Positions 27,725-44,313 of a stretch of DNA of 64,000 nt are shown here, one piece after another (position 1 is the stretch's first letter; every line of letters starts with the position of its first letter). The stretch comes from the human T2T-CHM13v2.0 reference genome, Homo sapiens: NCBI RefSeq assembly GCF_009914755.1, contig NC_060933.1; one strand, 5' to 3'. A program made the position numbers and the translations under genes. The notes below the pieces were generated by a model that had not been told where the DNA came from, searched no databases, and saw only the letters and a list, made by a program, of their open reading frames with translations.

Positions 27725-28022
27725 TATGTGGAGGTGCCAGGCCGGCGGTCTCAGAGGGGAGGCTGCCAGCCTGATCACCCCCCATCCATATCTTTGATTC
27801 ATCAATGATATTTACAAACAAGTATGCAATACATAAAAATTAGGAGCTGTCATCTAAGGCTCCACATTTTTCTTGAAAAATCAGAACAATCTGATGCATA
27901 TCCTGGTGTTCTCGCATGGAAATCTGGGTGCTAAGTTAGGACTTGCTCTCTTTTGGTTGGAGTGTTCCCTTACTGGTTTTTTTATCTGGCTTGGCCTTGT
28001 AAGAATATGAGTTTGGATTCTG
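27725..28022. mobile_element. MER102-like hAT-Charlie element
   Basis: ttcttgaaaaatcagaacaatctg...cgcatgg...tggccttgtaagaatatgagtttg. Confidence 0.55.
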
Positions 28023-28084
28023 GTTTTAGACAGAAAGCAGCTAAACTCTTCTACACAATAATTAAAAAGTTACAGATTAGTTCT

Positions 28085-28860
28085 TTTGAAGCACAGCTCT
28101 GATCCTGCTGAAAACTCTCCAAATGCCTCCGTTGCCTAAAGAATGACTCCAGATTCTTTATTTTTGCCAGGCCTTTAGCATGCTCCATGGTCTGGATACA
28201 ACTGGTTTGTTCCTTTCCTTTGTTCCTCTGCTAGTTGTCACTATTTATGATCCTTTCTATACAACCCTGCATATCCCTACATCTATGACTTTATTCAAGA
28301 CTAACAGCAATCACAACTAGTATTACTAGGTGCTTCTGTGCCAAGCATGAGAATTGGAGCTATTAGTCCCATGTTACCAATGATAAGTTGAGATTAGAGG
28401 AGTAAGATATTTTGTCCAGGTTATACAGCATAAAGTAGTGGTGTAGGGATTTGAAGTTTGATACCACAGTTCACTCTATCTCCAAGACACCTGATTGCCT
28501 CCCTCTGCCCTTTGCTAGGACTACCTTTCCCCTAATCCACTTCATTCTTACACATCTATCAGTCTTCTAACTTAGAACAAATATCAGCTCTTCTATTAAG
28601 AGTTTTCCTGATTTCCTCCATGTTCTCCATCCCATCCCTCAACCAACTACCACTCTTCTAAAATAGTCTCTGAATAGTCTCTTATTTTTCTAAGTATCTG
28701 GAGAACATGACATTTACTTTGTGATACTAATCACATTTGATCATATATTATTTTGCTCATTGAGAACAATATGCATGCCCCTGTGCCTCCAAAATAGTTA
28801 GCATTTTGCATCAGAGATAGCAGGGCCCCAATATATATTTGCTGAAAAAATGAATCTAAA
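28085..28860 (+). mobile_element. L2 fragments with an embedded antisense MIR (~28310-28480)
   Basis: gctctgatcctgctgaaaactctcc...gttgcctaaagaatgactccagattc; L2 tail caatatatatttgctgaaaaaatgaat; MIR cccatgttaccaatgataagttgaga. Confidence 0.6.
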
Positions 28861-29679
28861 AGATGATTATTACTCTCCTTTGATGCCTAAGCTGATTTTG
28901 TCTGGTGGCTTTCCTAAGAGCCACTTACAGACAGCTCAGTTTGTCTGACACAACCTAAGGAGGCCGCTAGAAATGACAGCCAATTCTGCTAAATGATATA
29001 CACCCACACTCCAAATTGGACAGGCACAGAGTTCACCTGCTTTAAAATAAGGCAACTCTTTATGGAATATTCTGAGCTAATAACAACTATTTAATGTTGC
29101 TATAGCAATTATGATGAAAAACTCTCTTTGCCTCTCTTCCAGGAGCACCCCACTGTTATTCACCCTGGAAGTACAGGAAGCCCAGCCAGCCTCTTCACCT
29201 CCAGCAAAGCAGCTCAGCCCCTCCATTGTTGGTCCTTTGGAATTTCCATCCAGGTGTTAGGAACACTTCATTCTGTATCCCAAATTACAAAGCCTATTTC
29301 TCTTTAGGTAGGGGAAGGTGTCCCTTATACCCTGCCCTTGGCTGCGGGTAGCAGGAATACAGCCCACCAAATTACCTCTTTAAAAAATTTTTCTGTGTGG
29401 TTTTGGTGAAGCCTTTTCCACGAGGCTTAGAGTTGGGATGCAACACTCTCTTGTATCCACCTCTCACAGACTGGGAGACAATGTGGGCCACACAGTATTG
29501 CCCTCTCTGAAAAAAACAATATCCCAAATAACTCTTTTGTCCTTCTTCCTCTGTTTCAGTCCTCCATTCACAACCCTTTTATATGTCCTAGATGTGATCA
29601 GGAGTTTCAGAATCATGAAATGAGTTTTTGTTCTATATTCTTTGTAAATCCTCTGTCATCTTCTACATATTTATCAGTT

Positions 29680-32600
29680 ATCCTTACATTAGTTAGATGG
29701 TTTGATATTCTCTGACAGTTCTCAGATGCTTGGTCTATTTTTTTCTACTTTCTTTTCCCCCAGAATTTCAGTTTGGATATTTTTTATTGATCTATATAAG
29801 TGCACTGATACCTCTCCTGTGTTCTATCTGCTATTTCACTCTTAGAAGAAGTTTTCATTTTGGTTTTATACTTTTTCATTTCTGACATTTTCATTGGTTG
29901 CTTTTATAATCTTAATTTCCCTTCTGAAATTCCCATTTTGAATGCATTTTTTCCACAAGTCTTTATACGTCATTTATTTTAAAGTTCTTTTCTTAATAAA
30001 ATTCAACCCCCTTCAAAATCTCTCAATAAACCAGGTATTGAAGGAACACACCTCAAAATAATAGCCATCTATGACAAACCCATAGCCAACATTATACTGA
30101 ATGGGCAAAAGCTGGAAGCATTCCTCTTGAAAACTGGCACAAGGTTGCCCTTTCTCACCACTTCTATTCAACATAGTATTGGAAGTCCTAGCCAGAGCAA
30201 TCAGGCAAGAGAAAAAAATAAATGGCATCCAAATAGGAAGAGAGTAAGTCAAACTATCTCTGTTTGCAGACGACATGATTCTGTATCTAGAAAACCCCAT
30301 AGTCTTGGCCCAAAAGCTCCTTCAGCTGATAAAACTTCAGTAAAGTTGCAGGATACAAAATCAATGTACAAATATCACTAAAATTCCTATACACCAACAA
30401 CAGTCAAATCAAGAGCTAAATCAGAAAGGCAATCCCATTCACAATTGCCACAAAAAGAATAAAATACCTAGGAATATAGCTAACCAGGGAGATAAAAGAT
30501 CTCTGCAATAAGAATTACAAAACATTGCTCAAAGAAATTGGAGAAGACAAACAAATGGAAAAACATCCTCTGCTAATGGATAGGAAGAATTAATATCATT
30601 AAAATGTCTATACTCCCTAAGGCAACTTAAAGGTTCAATACTATTTTTATCAAACTACCAATGACATTCTCCATAGAACTAGAAAAAGCTATTTTAAAAT
30701 TTATATGGAACCAAAAAAGAGCCTGAATAGCCAAGGCAATCCTGAGCAAAAAGGACAAAACTACAGGTATCATGTTACCTGACTTCAAACTATACTAGAA
30801 GGCTACAGTAACCAAAACAGCATGGTACTGGTACAAAAATATACACATAGACCAATGGAATAGAATAGGCCAGAAATAAGGCAGTACACCTACAGCCATC
30901 TGATCTTTCACAAAGTTGACCAAGAACAAGCAATGGGGAAAAGACTCCCTATTCTATAAATGATAGATAGCTGGGATAACTGGCTAACCATATGCAGAAG
31001 ATTGAATCTGGACCCCTTATTTACACCAATCACAAAAATCAACTCAAGATAGATTAAAAACATAAAAAAATCCAAAACTATAAAAACCCTGGAAGACAGC
31101 CTAGGTAATACCATCCTGAACGTAGAACAGGCAAAGTTTCATGGCAAAAACACCAAAAGCAATCGCAACAAAAGCAAAAATTGACAAGTGGGATATAATT
31201 AAACTTAAGAGCTTCTCCATAGCAAAAGAAACTATCAACAGAAAAAACAGACAACCTACAGAATGGGAGAAAATATTTGTAAACTGTGCATCTACCAAAG
31301 GTCTAATACCCAGCTTCTATAATGAACTTAAACAGATTTACAAGAGTAAAACAATCCCATTAAAAAGTGTGCAAAGGGCATGAACAGACAATTCTCAAAA
31401 GAAGACATAGAAGCAGCCAACAAGCCTATGAAAAAAGCTCAATATCATTGATCATTAGAGAAATGCAAATTAAAACTATAATGAGATACCATCTCACACC
31501 AGTCAGAATGGCTGTTATTAAAAAGTCAAAAAAATAATAGATGCTGGTGAGGTTGTGGAGAAAAAGGAACGCTTATACATTGTTGGTGGGAGTGTAAATT
31601 AATTCAACCGTTGTGAAAAGCAGCGTGGAAATTTTTCAGAGAGCTAAAAGCAGAACCACCATTTGATCCAGCAATCCCATTACTGGGTATACACCCAGAG
31701 GAATATAAATGGTTCTATCATGAAGACACATGCATACGAATGCCTATTGCAGCACTATTCACATTAGCAAAGAAATGGAATCAACCTAAATGCCCATCAA
31801 TGAATGACAGGTTGGATAAAGAGAAAGTGTGGTACATATCACTGTGGAATACTATGTAGCCATAAAAAGAATGAGATCATATCTTTTGCAGGAATATGGA
31901 TGAAGCCTGGAGGCTATTATTCCTAGCAAACTAATGCAGGAACGGAAAACCAAATACCACATGTTGTCACATATAAGTGGGAGCTCAATGATAAGAACTT
32001 ATGAACACAAAGACAGAAATAACAGACACTGGGGCCTACTCACAGGTGAAGGGTAGGAGGAAGGGGAGGAGCTGAAAAGATAACTATTGGGTACTGGGCT
32101 TAATACCTGAGTGATGAAATAATATGTACAACAAACTGCCATGACACATGTTTACCTGTGTAACAAAGCTTCACATGTACCCCCAGATGTAAAATAAAAA
32201 GAAAATTTTTTTTAAAAATAAAAAAGTTCTTTTACTTCCAAGTTTGAATTATCTGGGGACTTGCCTTTATTGAATATTTCTTCTCTTAAGCTTGGATCAC
32301 CTTTACATATCTTCTAACCTTTAATTGTATGCTGAGATTGTGTGCCCCTCCCCCAAAAAAGTGGAGACTGAATTAAATAATTTTTACCCTTAAAAAAGAA
32401 AGGACATATTCCTTCTTCTGTCAGGTCTTTGGTATGGGATCTGGTATAAGATCTATCAGATTCTAGTAAAGGAATCTACTCAGTAGTTGTGCAAGTGGCT
32501 CTGGGTTTTGTTGCAATGTTAGATTCCGTTCCCCATCTACTTCAAATGTTTTGAGGATGGGATTAGGACTTTCCCATTAGCAGGTTATGAGGTTTGAGAG

Positions 32601-33330
32601 TCTGAGATTCTTGAGATTTATCTCTGTTTTAGAAGATAGTCACCAGATTTCTAAACTGTGATTGATTTCTCTGCATTCTTGCCTGGATTCTAGATTTTTG
32701 GGTCACAGAGAATTTGTTTTCTTGGCTTTCTGAACTTAGAGAGCTCTCTTTCCTTCTGCTTTGTTCCTAGCTTTAGGAGGACAGCTTCAGTGTGCTAGGT
32801 GAGGGTGTGGACTGCCTACTGGAGCAACTTGAAGGACTTCTGTCAGTTCTCTCTGTCTCTAGACTTGGACTTGAGGAACTTCCCACATGCTTCATGCGGG
32901 ATTTGTCTCAGCCCTCCTGCCCTGCCTCCATCCATCAGTGTACTAAACCTTTCACTTTGAGAAGGCTAGTAGAAAAGAGGTGGTAGATGGGTATGGACTC
33001 ACTGTGTGGCTGGCCGTCTTCAGGATTTTAATTTTTCATTATAGCTCATATGCAGCTATTAAACGTTTATAAAAAATACAGATTGTTTCTCCTTATTTCC
33101 ATTTAAGATGGCTTCCTCTTCCTCCTACCTCTGTGCTAAGGATGAAAGCAGCTATGTGTCTCTTCTCTTCTACAAAACGCTATCATTTTCTGAAATCTGG
33201 TTCATTTAAGTTTTTTTCTATTTTCAGATCTCTGACAGGTTTTTAAAAAACTATGACTTTGTAGCTTATGTGGTTTCTTCTTGTTAGAGTGAGAACTACA
33301 CTCTTCACTTTCTATATTTTAATTGGAGGC
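29680..33330 (-). mobile_element. Ancient L1M (ORF1/5' region) fragment, split by a younger L1
   Basis: antisense ORF1-like tcagtttggatattttttattgatcta...tcatttctgacattttcattgg; continues after 32233. Confidence 0.55.
29992..32222 (+). mobile_element. 5'-truncated L1PA (L1PA12/13-like): ORF2 RT-to-C-terminus remnant plus 3' UTR
   Basis: ORF2 remnants (ctgtttgcagacgacatg = FADD; [15 protein letters not shown]); 3' UTR aaagataactattgggtactgggcttaatacc; TSD aaagttctttt (29981-29991, 32223-32233). Confidence 0.95.
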
Positions 33331-33534
33331 CAAATGTGAATATTATTCTGGTCTATAAGTATACCATGATTTATTTAACCTTTCCTTAAGAACTGGGCAT
33401 TTATAATGTTTGTAATTTTTCACTATATTAAATAACTTTGCAATAAAAACTTTATCATCTCAGGTTATTAGTCATAGTCATTTTTCCTATATATTGGCCT
33501 AGTATTGATTCCTGTAAGTGGTAAATGAAACGGG

Positions 33535-33695
33535 TATGAGGGAAGCTTCTGAAGTGCTCTTAATGTTCTGTTTCTTAATCAGTGCATTGGCTACAGTGGT
33601 GTGTGTTTTTAAATTTTTTTTGGGTGAAAATTCCATGAGCTGTATGCTTGTGATTTTTTTTGACTTTTCTCGTATGTATGTTAAAACTTAAAATT
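33535..33695 (+). mobile_element. L1ME 3' end fragment
   Basis: gcttctgaagtgctcttaatgttctgtttcttaatc...gtgaaaattccatgagctgta...gtatgtatgtt. Confidence 0.7.
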
Positions 33696-33779
33696 TTATT
33701 GGGTTGGAAGTTTTTGTATACAACTGTGTTCCCTCTGAGAGTTGTCTATTAATATTTTATGGGTTGCTGATTTAGACCA

Positions 33780-33912
33780 AATAATTTAAATTTTATATTA
33801 TACTTCATTTTCCTTACGTATAAAACGTGACAATGAACATCACATATTTATGTGAATAAAATGAGATGAACACTTGAAAATGCTTTGAAACTATGAAGTT
33901 GCATACAAATGT
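33780..33912 (+). mobile_element. MIR SINE
   Basis: gtgaataaaatgagatgaacacttgaaaatgctttgaaactatgaag. Confidence 0.6.
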
Positions 33913-35258
33913 AGGACACATCTTTATATTTAACTACGAATGGGTTTGAATCACACACAAGTCTGAATATCCTGGGATATATAAGAGTGCTCCAGACTGA
34001 GTGATAGTGTGTGAACTTTGGGAAAATCCAGAGATAAATAGAATAACATTGACTTGGTACAAATTTGTGGCATCAAAATTTGCATTCAGTATCTTTTCTA
34101 TCCTGGAAATTCTAACTTCAAAGTCAATGCTCTTCCTAAGCCTCCCTATTCCTCATTTCTAGGAGAGAGGAGACAGCTTGGAATAGTGGCTTCCCTGACT
34201 CCTGATTATAAAGTGCTGCCATTTTGTTCACCATGAATTTGTTAGCTCCTTCCAAAATGGTGGTTTCACTTGCCTCATGTACAGAGGCTATAGGGTCAAA
34301 ATAAGTGAAAACAGCAAAAGCCTGGCACAGAGGAACTCACAGGAGTAGGTTAACTTTTCTTTTAGAGTATTTGAGTGGTCATTTGTATGGAATAAAGTTA
34401 GAATGAATAAACCCAGGTGAAAATATCAAATATTGCATGTGGCACACCTTAGACCTTCAGTCAATGGGAATTCATTTCTTTTCTCTCTTTTGCCTGGATC
34501 CTCCTTGCTTTTTGTGTCAGTGGAAATATGCCTCTTTGGAGCTTTCACCCTAGCCTCCCTGCCTTAAAAAGCATTCCTGCTGGTTAACAAACCATGGAGG
34601 GAGGGGCAAAGCAGAGAGGGCTTGGCAATACACCCTGCTAGGAAAGAACTCTTCTCTATGAGATGGTAAAGTACTTTTAGGCCCACTCTTCAGAATGCAC
34701 AGTGCTGAGTATAAAAGTATCATTATTGTAAACTCGAGCAAAGTACAGCCTAATCACAGTTGATAAAGGAAAGGGGAGGAGAAGCCTGCAATTCACATTT
34801 TAAAAATCAGTGGTGTTTTCTCTGAATGGCACTTCTTTCCTGCCAGGTCTTTTCTTGACTATGCCATCTGAGGGGCTGCCAACAACCTTGTTAAACAGCA
34901 AAGAATCTTTGTAGTAGAAAAGTATTTAAAATGTCCTCTAGGCCTATTTTCTGACCACCTATCTCTAGTAATGGAGATGATGTGGTTGCTATTTGGGGGC
35001 TTGACAACATTTACCAACCTTCCAACATTGAAATTGCTTCTTGGAAAAATGCACCAGAAAAGTTCAAAAGAACCTCTGAGATGGTTTACTTCAGTGTCCT
35101 CTTTCTCTGGATTCTGCAACTGAAGCTCAGAGAGGTTAAGTTACTAATCCAATGGTTTTGAGTTAGTTAGGATCCAGGGATAGAACCGAGGTCTAAGTAT
35201 TCCTGAGGGGGGCATTTTCCAGAACTGGCAAATCAAACTTTGTTGCTTTATTGGTTAT

Positions 35259-35639
35259 TGTATCAGTCTTTTGCTTGCCATACCAAAATATTCCAGACTG
35301 GGTGCCTTAAACAATTAACATTTATTTTTCACAGTTCTGGAGGCTACAGATCTTAAGGTCAAGGTGCCATCATTGCTGGTTTATAGTGAGGGCTCTCTTT
35401 CTGGCTTGCAGATGGCCACCTTCTCACTGTGTCCTCACATGACTTTTCTATGTGACTGCGTGGAAAGAGAGAGCTGACTTGTGCTCCTTCTCCTTATGAG
35501 GGCACTAATCCCATTAGATTAGGGCCCTACCCTTATGTCCCTATGTAACCCTAATTACCTCCTAAAGGTCTCATCTCCAAATACCATTGCATTAGGGCTC
35601 GATATATGAATTTTGGGTGACACAATTCAGTCCATAACA
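35259..35639 (-). mobile_element. MLT1A0-like solo LTR
   Basis: tgtatcagtc...ggcttgcagatggccaccttctcactgtgtcctcacatg...acacaattcagtccataaca; TSD gttat/gtgat. Confidence 0.92.
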
Positions 35640-35719
35640 GTGATGAAAGAAGCAGCCACTGCTTTTGTCAAAGTGGAAATCTAGATGCTACCATACACAG
35701 AAGAAGAGTCTAGGGCTCT

Positions 35720-36405
35720 GAAATGTCACCAGATACCCTCGAATGCCTGTTTTATTACAGGCATTTCCTCATTCTTCATTCTACTTGAAGTTTGTGCAGT
35801 TACCACATGCTTTACCTTGGAGCCTCGTCCTGGAATGCTCATCCAGCTCCTCTGACGTCAGTTGTCTTTCTCCTCCTCTGCTGGCTCAGTCACTTTCCTT
35901 ATTTTAGTCAGGTTTCTTCATAGAAAGTAGATGCCACCTGAAGTTTTGTGTTTGGCCTCTTCCCATCTTTGTCTAATTCCTTACTCTCCCTGTCAAGCTC
36001 CCATTGATTCAATTCTCACCTCTCACTCAATTCTCAGACCTGAATTCTAACTACCTACTGGAAGTTTCCATACAATGCCTTAGAATTTAGAAACTAAACT
36101 CATTTCTCTCCTTAACACCTTCCAGCCAACTTCCGTTCCTGTCTTCTCAGATTTTGAGTTATTTTCAACTTTGCCTTTATTTCTCTCTTACATCACTCAA
36201 AAAGTCCCTTAGACACAGCCTCCTCAATGTTTTCTGTTACTGGAGTTTTCCCCCTATTGTCTTTATCAAATTTAGGGATTTAGTGCATTTAATATGATAC
36301 ATTATATTGAGAACCTAACTGACTACTTTTCACTCTAAAACATTCTGAAAATGGTTTCCAAATAAGTTGTTCTAAAGTAGTTATCTGATTATTGACCCTT
36401 CCTTG
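35720..36405 (+). mobile_element. L2 LINE fragment (resumes ~37975-38245)
   Basis: ctcagacctgaattctaactacctactggaagtttcca...aaactaaactcatt. Confidence 0.65.
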
Positions 36406-36431
36406 TTAAAAAAAAAAAAAAAAGCCCAACA

Positions 36432-37956
36432 AAACAACCAACATCATTTTTTCACAGAATTAGAAAAAACTATTCTGGAATTAATATGGAACCAAAAAGC
36501 CGACAAAAGAGCCAAAGAAATCCTAAGTAAAAAGAACAAAGCTAGAGTCATCATGTTACCTGACTTCAAACTATGCTAGAAGGCTACAGTAACCAAAACA
36601 GCATGGTACTGGTACAAAAACAGACACATAGACCAATGGAACAGAATAGAGAGCCCAGGGATAAGACCATACAACTATAGTCACCTGATCTTTCACAAAG
36701 TTGACCAAAATAAGCAATAGGAAAAGAACTCCCTATTTAATAAGTGGTGCTAGTATAACTGGCTGGCCATATGCAGAAGATTGAATTCGGATCCCTTCTT
36801 TACTTCATATACAAAAATAAACTCAAGATGGATTAAAGACTTAAATGTAAAATGTAAAACTATAAAAACCCTAGAAAATAACCTAGGAAATACCATCCTG
36901 GACATAGGCCCTGGCAAGGATTCCATGATGAAGACACCAAAAACAATTTCAACAAAAATAAAATTGACAAGTTGAAACTAACCAAATGAAAGAGTTTCTA
37001 CACGGGAAGAGAAACTATCAACAGTAAACAAACAACCTACAGAATGGGAGAATATATTTGCAAACTATGCATCTGCCAAAGGTCTTATATCCAGAATCTA
37101 TAAGGAGCTTAGATAAATTAAGCAAAACACACCCCCATTAAAAAGTGGGCAAAAGATGTCAACAGATACTTTTCAAAGGCAGACATACGTGCAGTCAACA
37201 AGCATACGAAAAAATGTTCAACCTCACTAATCATTAGAAAATGAAAATCAAAACCATGGTGATATACCATCTTACACCAGTCAGAATGGCTCTTATTAAA
37301 AAGTCAAAAAATAACAGATATTGACAAGGGTGTAGAGAAAAGAAAACATTCATACATTTCTGGTGGGAATGTAAGCTAGTTCAGCCATTGTAAAAAGCAG
37401 TGTGGCGATTTTTCAAAGAGCTTAAAATAGAACTACCATTCAACCCAGCAATCCTATTGTTGGGTATATACCCAAAGAAATATAAATCATTCTACCATAA
37501 AGCACTCTTCATAATAGCAAAGTCACGGAATCAACATAAATGTCCATCAATGATAGACAAGATATATAAAATTTGGTACATACACATCATGGAATATACT
37601 ATGCAGCCATAAAAAAGAATAAGAACGTGTCCTTTGCAGCAACATGAATGGAGCTGGAAGCCATAATCCTAAGCCAACTAACTCAGGAAGAGAAAACCAA
37701 ACACTGCATGTTCTCACTTATAAGTAGGAGCTAAACATTGAGTACACATGGACATAAAGAAGAGAACAACATATATTGGGGCCCAATTGAGGGTGGAGGG
37801 TAAGAGAAGGGAAAGGATTAAAAAACTACTTATCAGGTACTATGCTGATTACCAGGGTGAGGAAATAATCTGTACACCAAATCCCGGTGACATGCAGGTT
37901 ACCTACATAGCAAACCTGCACATGTACCTCTGAACCTAAAATAACGGTTTAAAAAA
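36432..37956 (+). mobile_element. 5'-truncated L1PA15/16-like
   Basis: ORF2 3' part ([15 protein letters not shown]); 3' UTR aaaaactacttatcaggtactatgctgattacc...acatgtacctctgaacctaaaataa. Confidence 0.93.
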
Positions 37957-38254
37957 TTTAGAATTTTTAAAATAATCCCTAATTTATTAAAAGACTAATT
38001 ACTTCACCATGATGCTCAAATTTTTTGATAGTGTGGACCCAACCTATCATTATAACTTTTTCTCCCCCTCTTCTGTATATCTCCCTGTATATATTCTCAG
38101 CTTCTCTCTATTGGAATGGTCACACATCCACCTTTTTTCTTATGAAACACTATAAAAGATGCATCGTTGTTGACTCTCCAATGCCCCTTCTCCCTATTGT
38201 ATAGTAACAGGGACATTTATTCAATAGGAGAGGAATAGAATGAATGGTAATTTG

Positions 38255-38865
<611 letters not shown>

Positions 38866-38866
38866 G

Positions 38867-40788
<1,922 letters not shown>

Positions 40789-42120
40789 TCATGTTTAATT
40801 TTTGTGGGTGCATAGTAGTTATATATGTATATATTCATGAGGTTCATAAGCTATTTTGACACAGACATATAATGCATAATAATCACATAAGGGTAATTGG
40901 GATGGTCATCATCTCAAGCATTTATCCTTTCTTTGTATTATAAACAATGCAATTGTACTCTTTTAGATATTTTTAAATGTACAATAAATTATTTTCACTG
41001 TAGTCACCCTGTTGTGCTATCAAATACTAGATCTTATTTATTCTATGTTTTTGTATTCATTAACCATCCCATTTACTCTCCTCCCCCCACTACCATTCTC
41101 AGCCTTTGGTAACTATCATTCTACTGCATATCTCCATAAATTCAATTGTTTTAATTTTTAGCCCCCACAAATAAGTTAGAACATGTGAAGTTTGTCTTTT
41201 TGTGTCTGGGTTATTTGTAATTAACATAATGTCCTGCACTTAACATAATGTCCTCCAGTTCCATCCATGTTGCTGCTAATAACAGGATCTCATTCTTTTT
41301 CAAGGCTAAGTAGTACTCAGTTATGTGTATGTACCACATTTTCATTATTCAATCATCTGTTGATGGACACTTAGGTTCCTTCCAAATCTTAACTATTGTG
41401 AATAGTGCAGCAATAAACATGAAAGTGCAGATGTCTTTGATATACTGATTTCCTTTCTTTGGGGTATATATCCAGCAGTGGAATTTCTGGATTCTATGGT
41501 AGCTCTATTTTTAGTTTTTTGAGAAATCTCCAAACTCTTCTTCAGAGTGGTTGTACTAATTTACATTTCTACCAACAGTGTATGAGGGTTCCCTTTTCTC
41601 CACATCCTCACCAGCATTTGTTATTACCTGTGTTTTGCATAAAGCTATTTTAACTGGGGTGAAATGATACCTCATTGCAGTTTCAATTTGAATTTCTCTG
41701 ATGATCAATCATATTGAGCACTTTTTCATATGCCTGTTTGCCATTTGTATGTCTTGTTTTGATAAATATCTATTGAAATCTTTTGCCCATTTTAAAATCA
41801 GATTGTTAGATTTTTTTTCCTATACAGCTGTTTGAGCTCCGTATGTATTTGATTATTAATCCCTTGTCAGATGAATAGTTTGCAAATATTTTCCCCTATT
41901 CCATGGGTTGTCTATTCACGTTGTTGTTTCCTTTGCTGTGCAAAAGCTTTTCAACTTGACGTGATCCCACTTGTACAGTTTTGCTTTGGTTGCCTGTTAT
42001 GCCTGTCAGTTATTACTCAAAAAATCTTTGCCCAGATACATGTCCTGAAGAGTTTCCCTAATGTTTTCTTTTAGTAGTTCAGTAGTTTGAGATCCTAGAT
42101 TTAAATCTTTAATCATTTCT

Positions 42121-42434
42121 TTTTTTGATTTTTTTTTTTTTTTTTTTTTTTTGAGATGGAGTCTCACTGTGTCGCCCAGGCTGGAGTGCCAGTGGCGTGA
42201 TCTCGGCTCGCTGCAAGCTCCGCCTCCGGGGTTCATGCCATTCTCCTGCCTCAGCCTCCTGAGTAGCTGGGACTACAGGCGCCTGCCACCACGCCCGGCT
42301 AATTTTTTGTCTTTTTGGTAGAGGCGGGGTTTCACTGTGTTAGCCAGGATGGTCTTGATCTCCTGACCTCGTGATCCGCCCGCCTCGGCCTCCCAAAGTG
42401 CTGGGATTACAGGCGTGAGCCACCGCGCCTGGAT
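42121..42434 (-). mobile_element. AluY
   Basis: 16-bp TSD atctttaatcatttct (42105-42120, 42436-42451). Confidence 0.97.
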
Positions 42435-44313
42435 GATCTTTAATCATTTCTATTTGATTTTTATATATGGCAAGTGATAGAAGTCTACTTTCATTCTTTT
42501 GCATATGGATATTCAGTTTCCCCAGCACCATTTATTGAAGAGATTGTCCTTTACCCAGTGTATGTTCTTGATACCTTTGTTGAAAACAAGTGCAGTAAGG
42601 ATTTATTCTGGGTCCTCTATTCTATTCTATTTGTCTATTTGTTTGTTTTTATGCCAGTATAATGTTGTTTTGGTTACTATAGCTCTGTAGTATAATTTGA
42701 AGTCAGGTAATGTGATTCCTCCAGTTGTTTTCTTTTTGCCCATGGTAGCTTTGGCTATTCTCGGTCTCTTGTGGTTCCATATAAATTTTAGGTTGTTTTT
42801 TCTATTTCTGTGAAGACTGTTATTGGTATTTTGGTTGGGATTACATTCAATCTGTAGATTGCTTTGGATAGTATGGACATTTTAACAATATCGATTCTTC
42901 AAATCCATGAGCATGGAATATATTTCCATTTTTTTCTGTCCTCTTCAATTTCTTTCATCAATGTTTCATAGTTTTCATTGTAGAGGGCTTTCATTTCTTT
43001 GGTTAATTCTAGACATTTTATTTTATGTGTTACTATTGCAAATGTGATTACTTTCTTGAATTCTTTTTCAGATTGTTCATTGTTGGCATATAGAAATGCT
43101 ACTACTGATTTTTGTATGTTGATTTTGTATCCTGCAACTTTACTGAATACATCAGTTCTCATAGTTCATTGATGGAGTCTTTAGGTTTTTCCAAATATAG
43201 GATAATATCATCTGCAAACAAGGATAATTTGAATTCTTCCTTTCCAATTTGCATGCCCTTTATTTCTTTCTCTTGTCTAATTGCTTTAGCTAGGACTTCC
43301 GTTACTGTGTTTAATAACAGTGCTGAAAGTGGAAATCCTTGTTGTGTTCCAGGTCTTAGGTCAAAGGCTTTCAGTTTTTCGCTGTTCAGCATGACAGTAG
43401 CTGTGGGTTGTTCATATATGGCTTTTATTGTGCTCAGGTATGTTCCTTCTGTATCCAGTTTTTTGAGGGTTTTTTTTTTTATGAAGGGATGTTAAATTTT
43501 ATCAAATACTTTTTGATATGAATCCTATGAAATGATCATATGGTTTATGTCCTTTATTCTGTTGATATGATGTATCACATTGACTGATTTGCATATGTTG
43601 AACCATCCCTGCATCCCTAGGATAAATCCTACTTGGTCACGATGAATGCTCTTTTTAAGCGTTGTTGAATTCAATTTGCTAGTATATTGTTGACGGTTTC
43701 AGTGTCAATACCCATCGGATATTGGCCTGTAGTTTTCTTTTTTTGACATATCTTTGTCTGGTTTTGGTATCAGGGTAATATTGGTCTCATAGAATGAGCT
43801 TGGAAGTATTCCCTGCTCTACTTATGGGAATAGTTTGAGTGGAATTGATATTAGTTCTCTTAAATGTTTGATGAAATTCAGCAGTGAAGCCATTGGGTCC
43901 TCAGCTTCTCTTTCCTAGGAGACTATTATTGCAGCTTTGATCTCATTACTTGTTGTTGATCTATTCAGGTTTTGAATTTCTTCATCGTTCAATCTTGATA
44001 ACTTGTATGTATCTAGGAACTTAGTCATTTCTTCTGGGTTTTCCAATTTATTGGGATATAGCTGCTCATCATAGCCTCTAATGATCCTCTGGATTTCTAT
44101 GTTATTGGTTGTAATGTTTCCATTTTCATCTCTGATTTTATTCATTTGGATCTTCTCTTTTTTTTTTTTTGGTAGTCTGGCTGAAGGTTTGTTACTTTGT
44201 TTATCTTTTCAAAAAACGACTTATTTTGTTGATCTTTTGTACTTTTAAATTTTCAATTTCATTTATTTCTGTTCTGATATTATCTTTTCTACCAATTCAA
44301 TCAATTCAATCAA

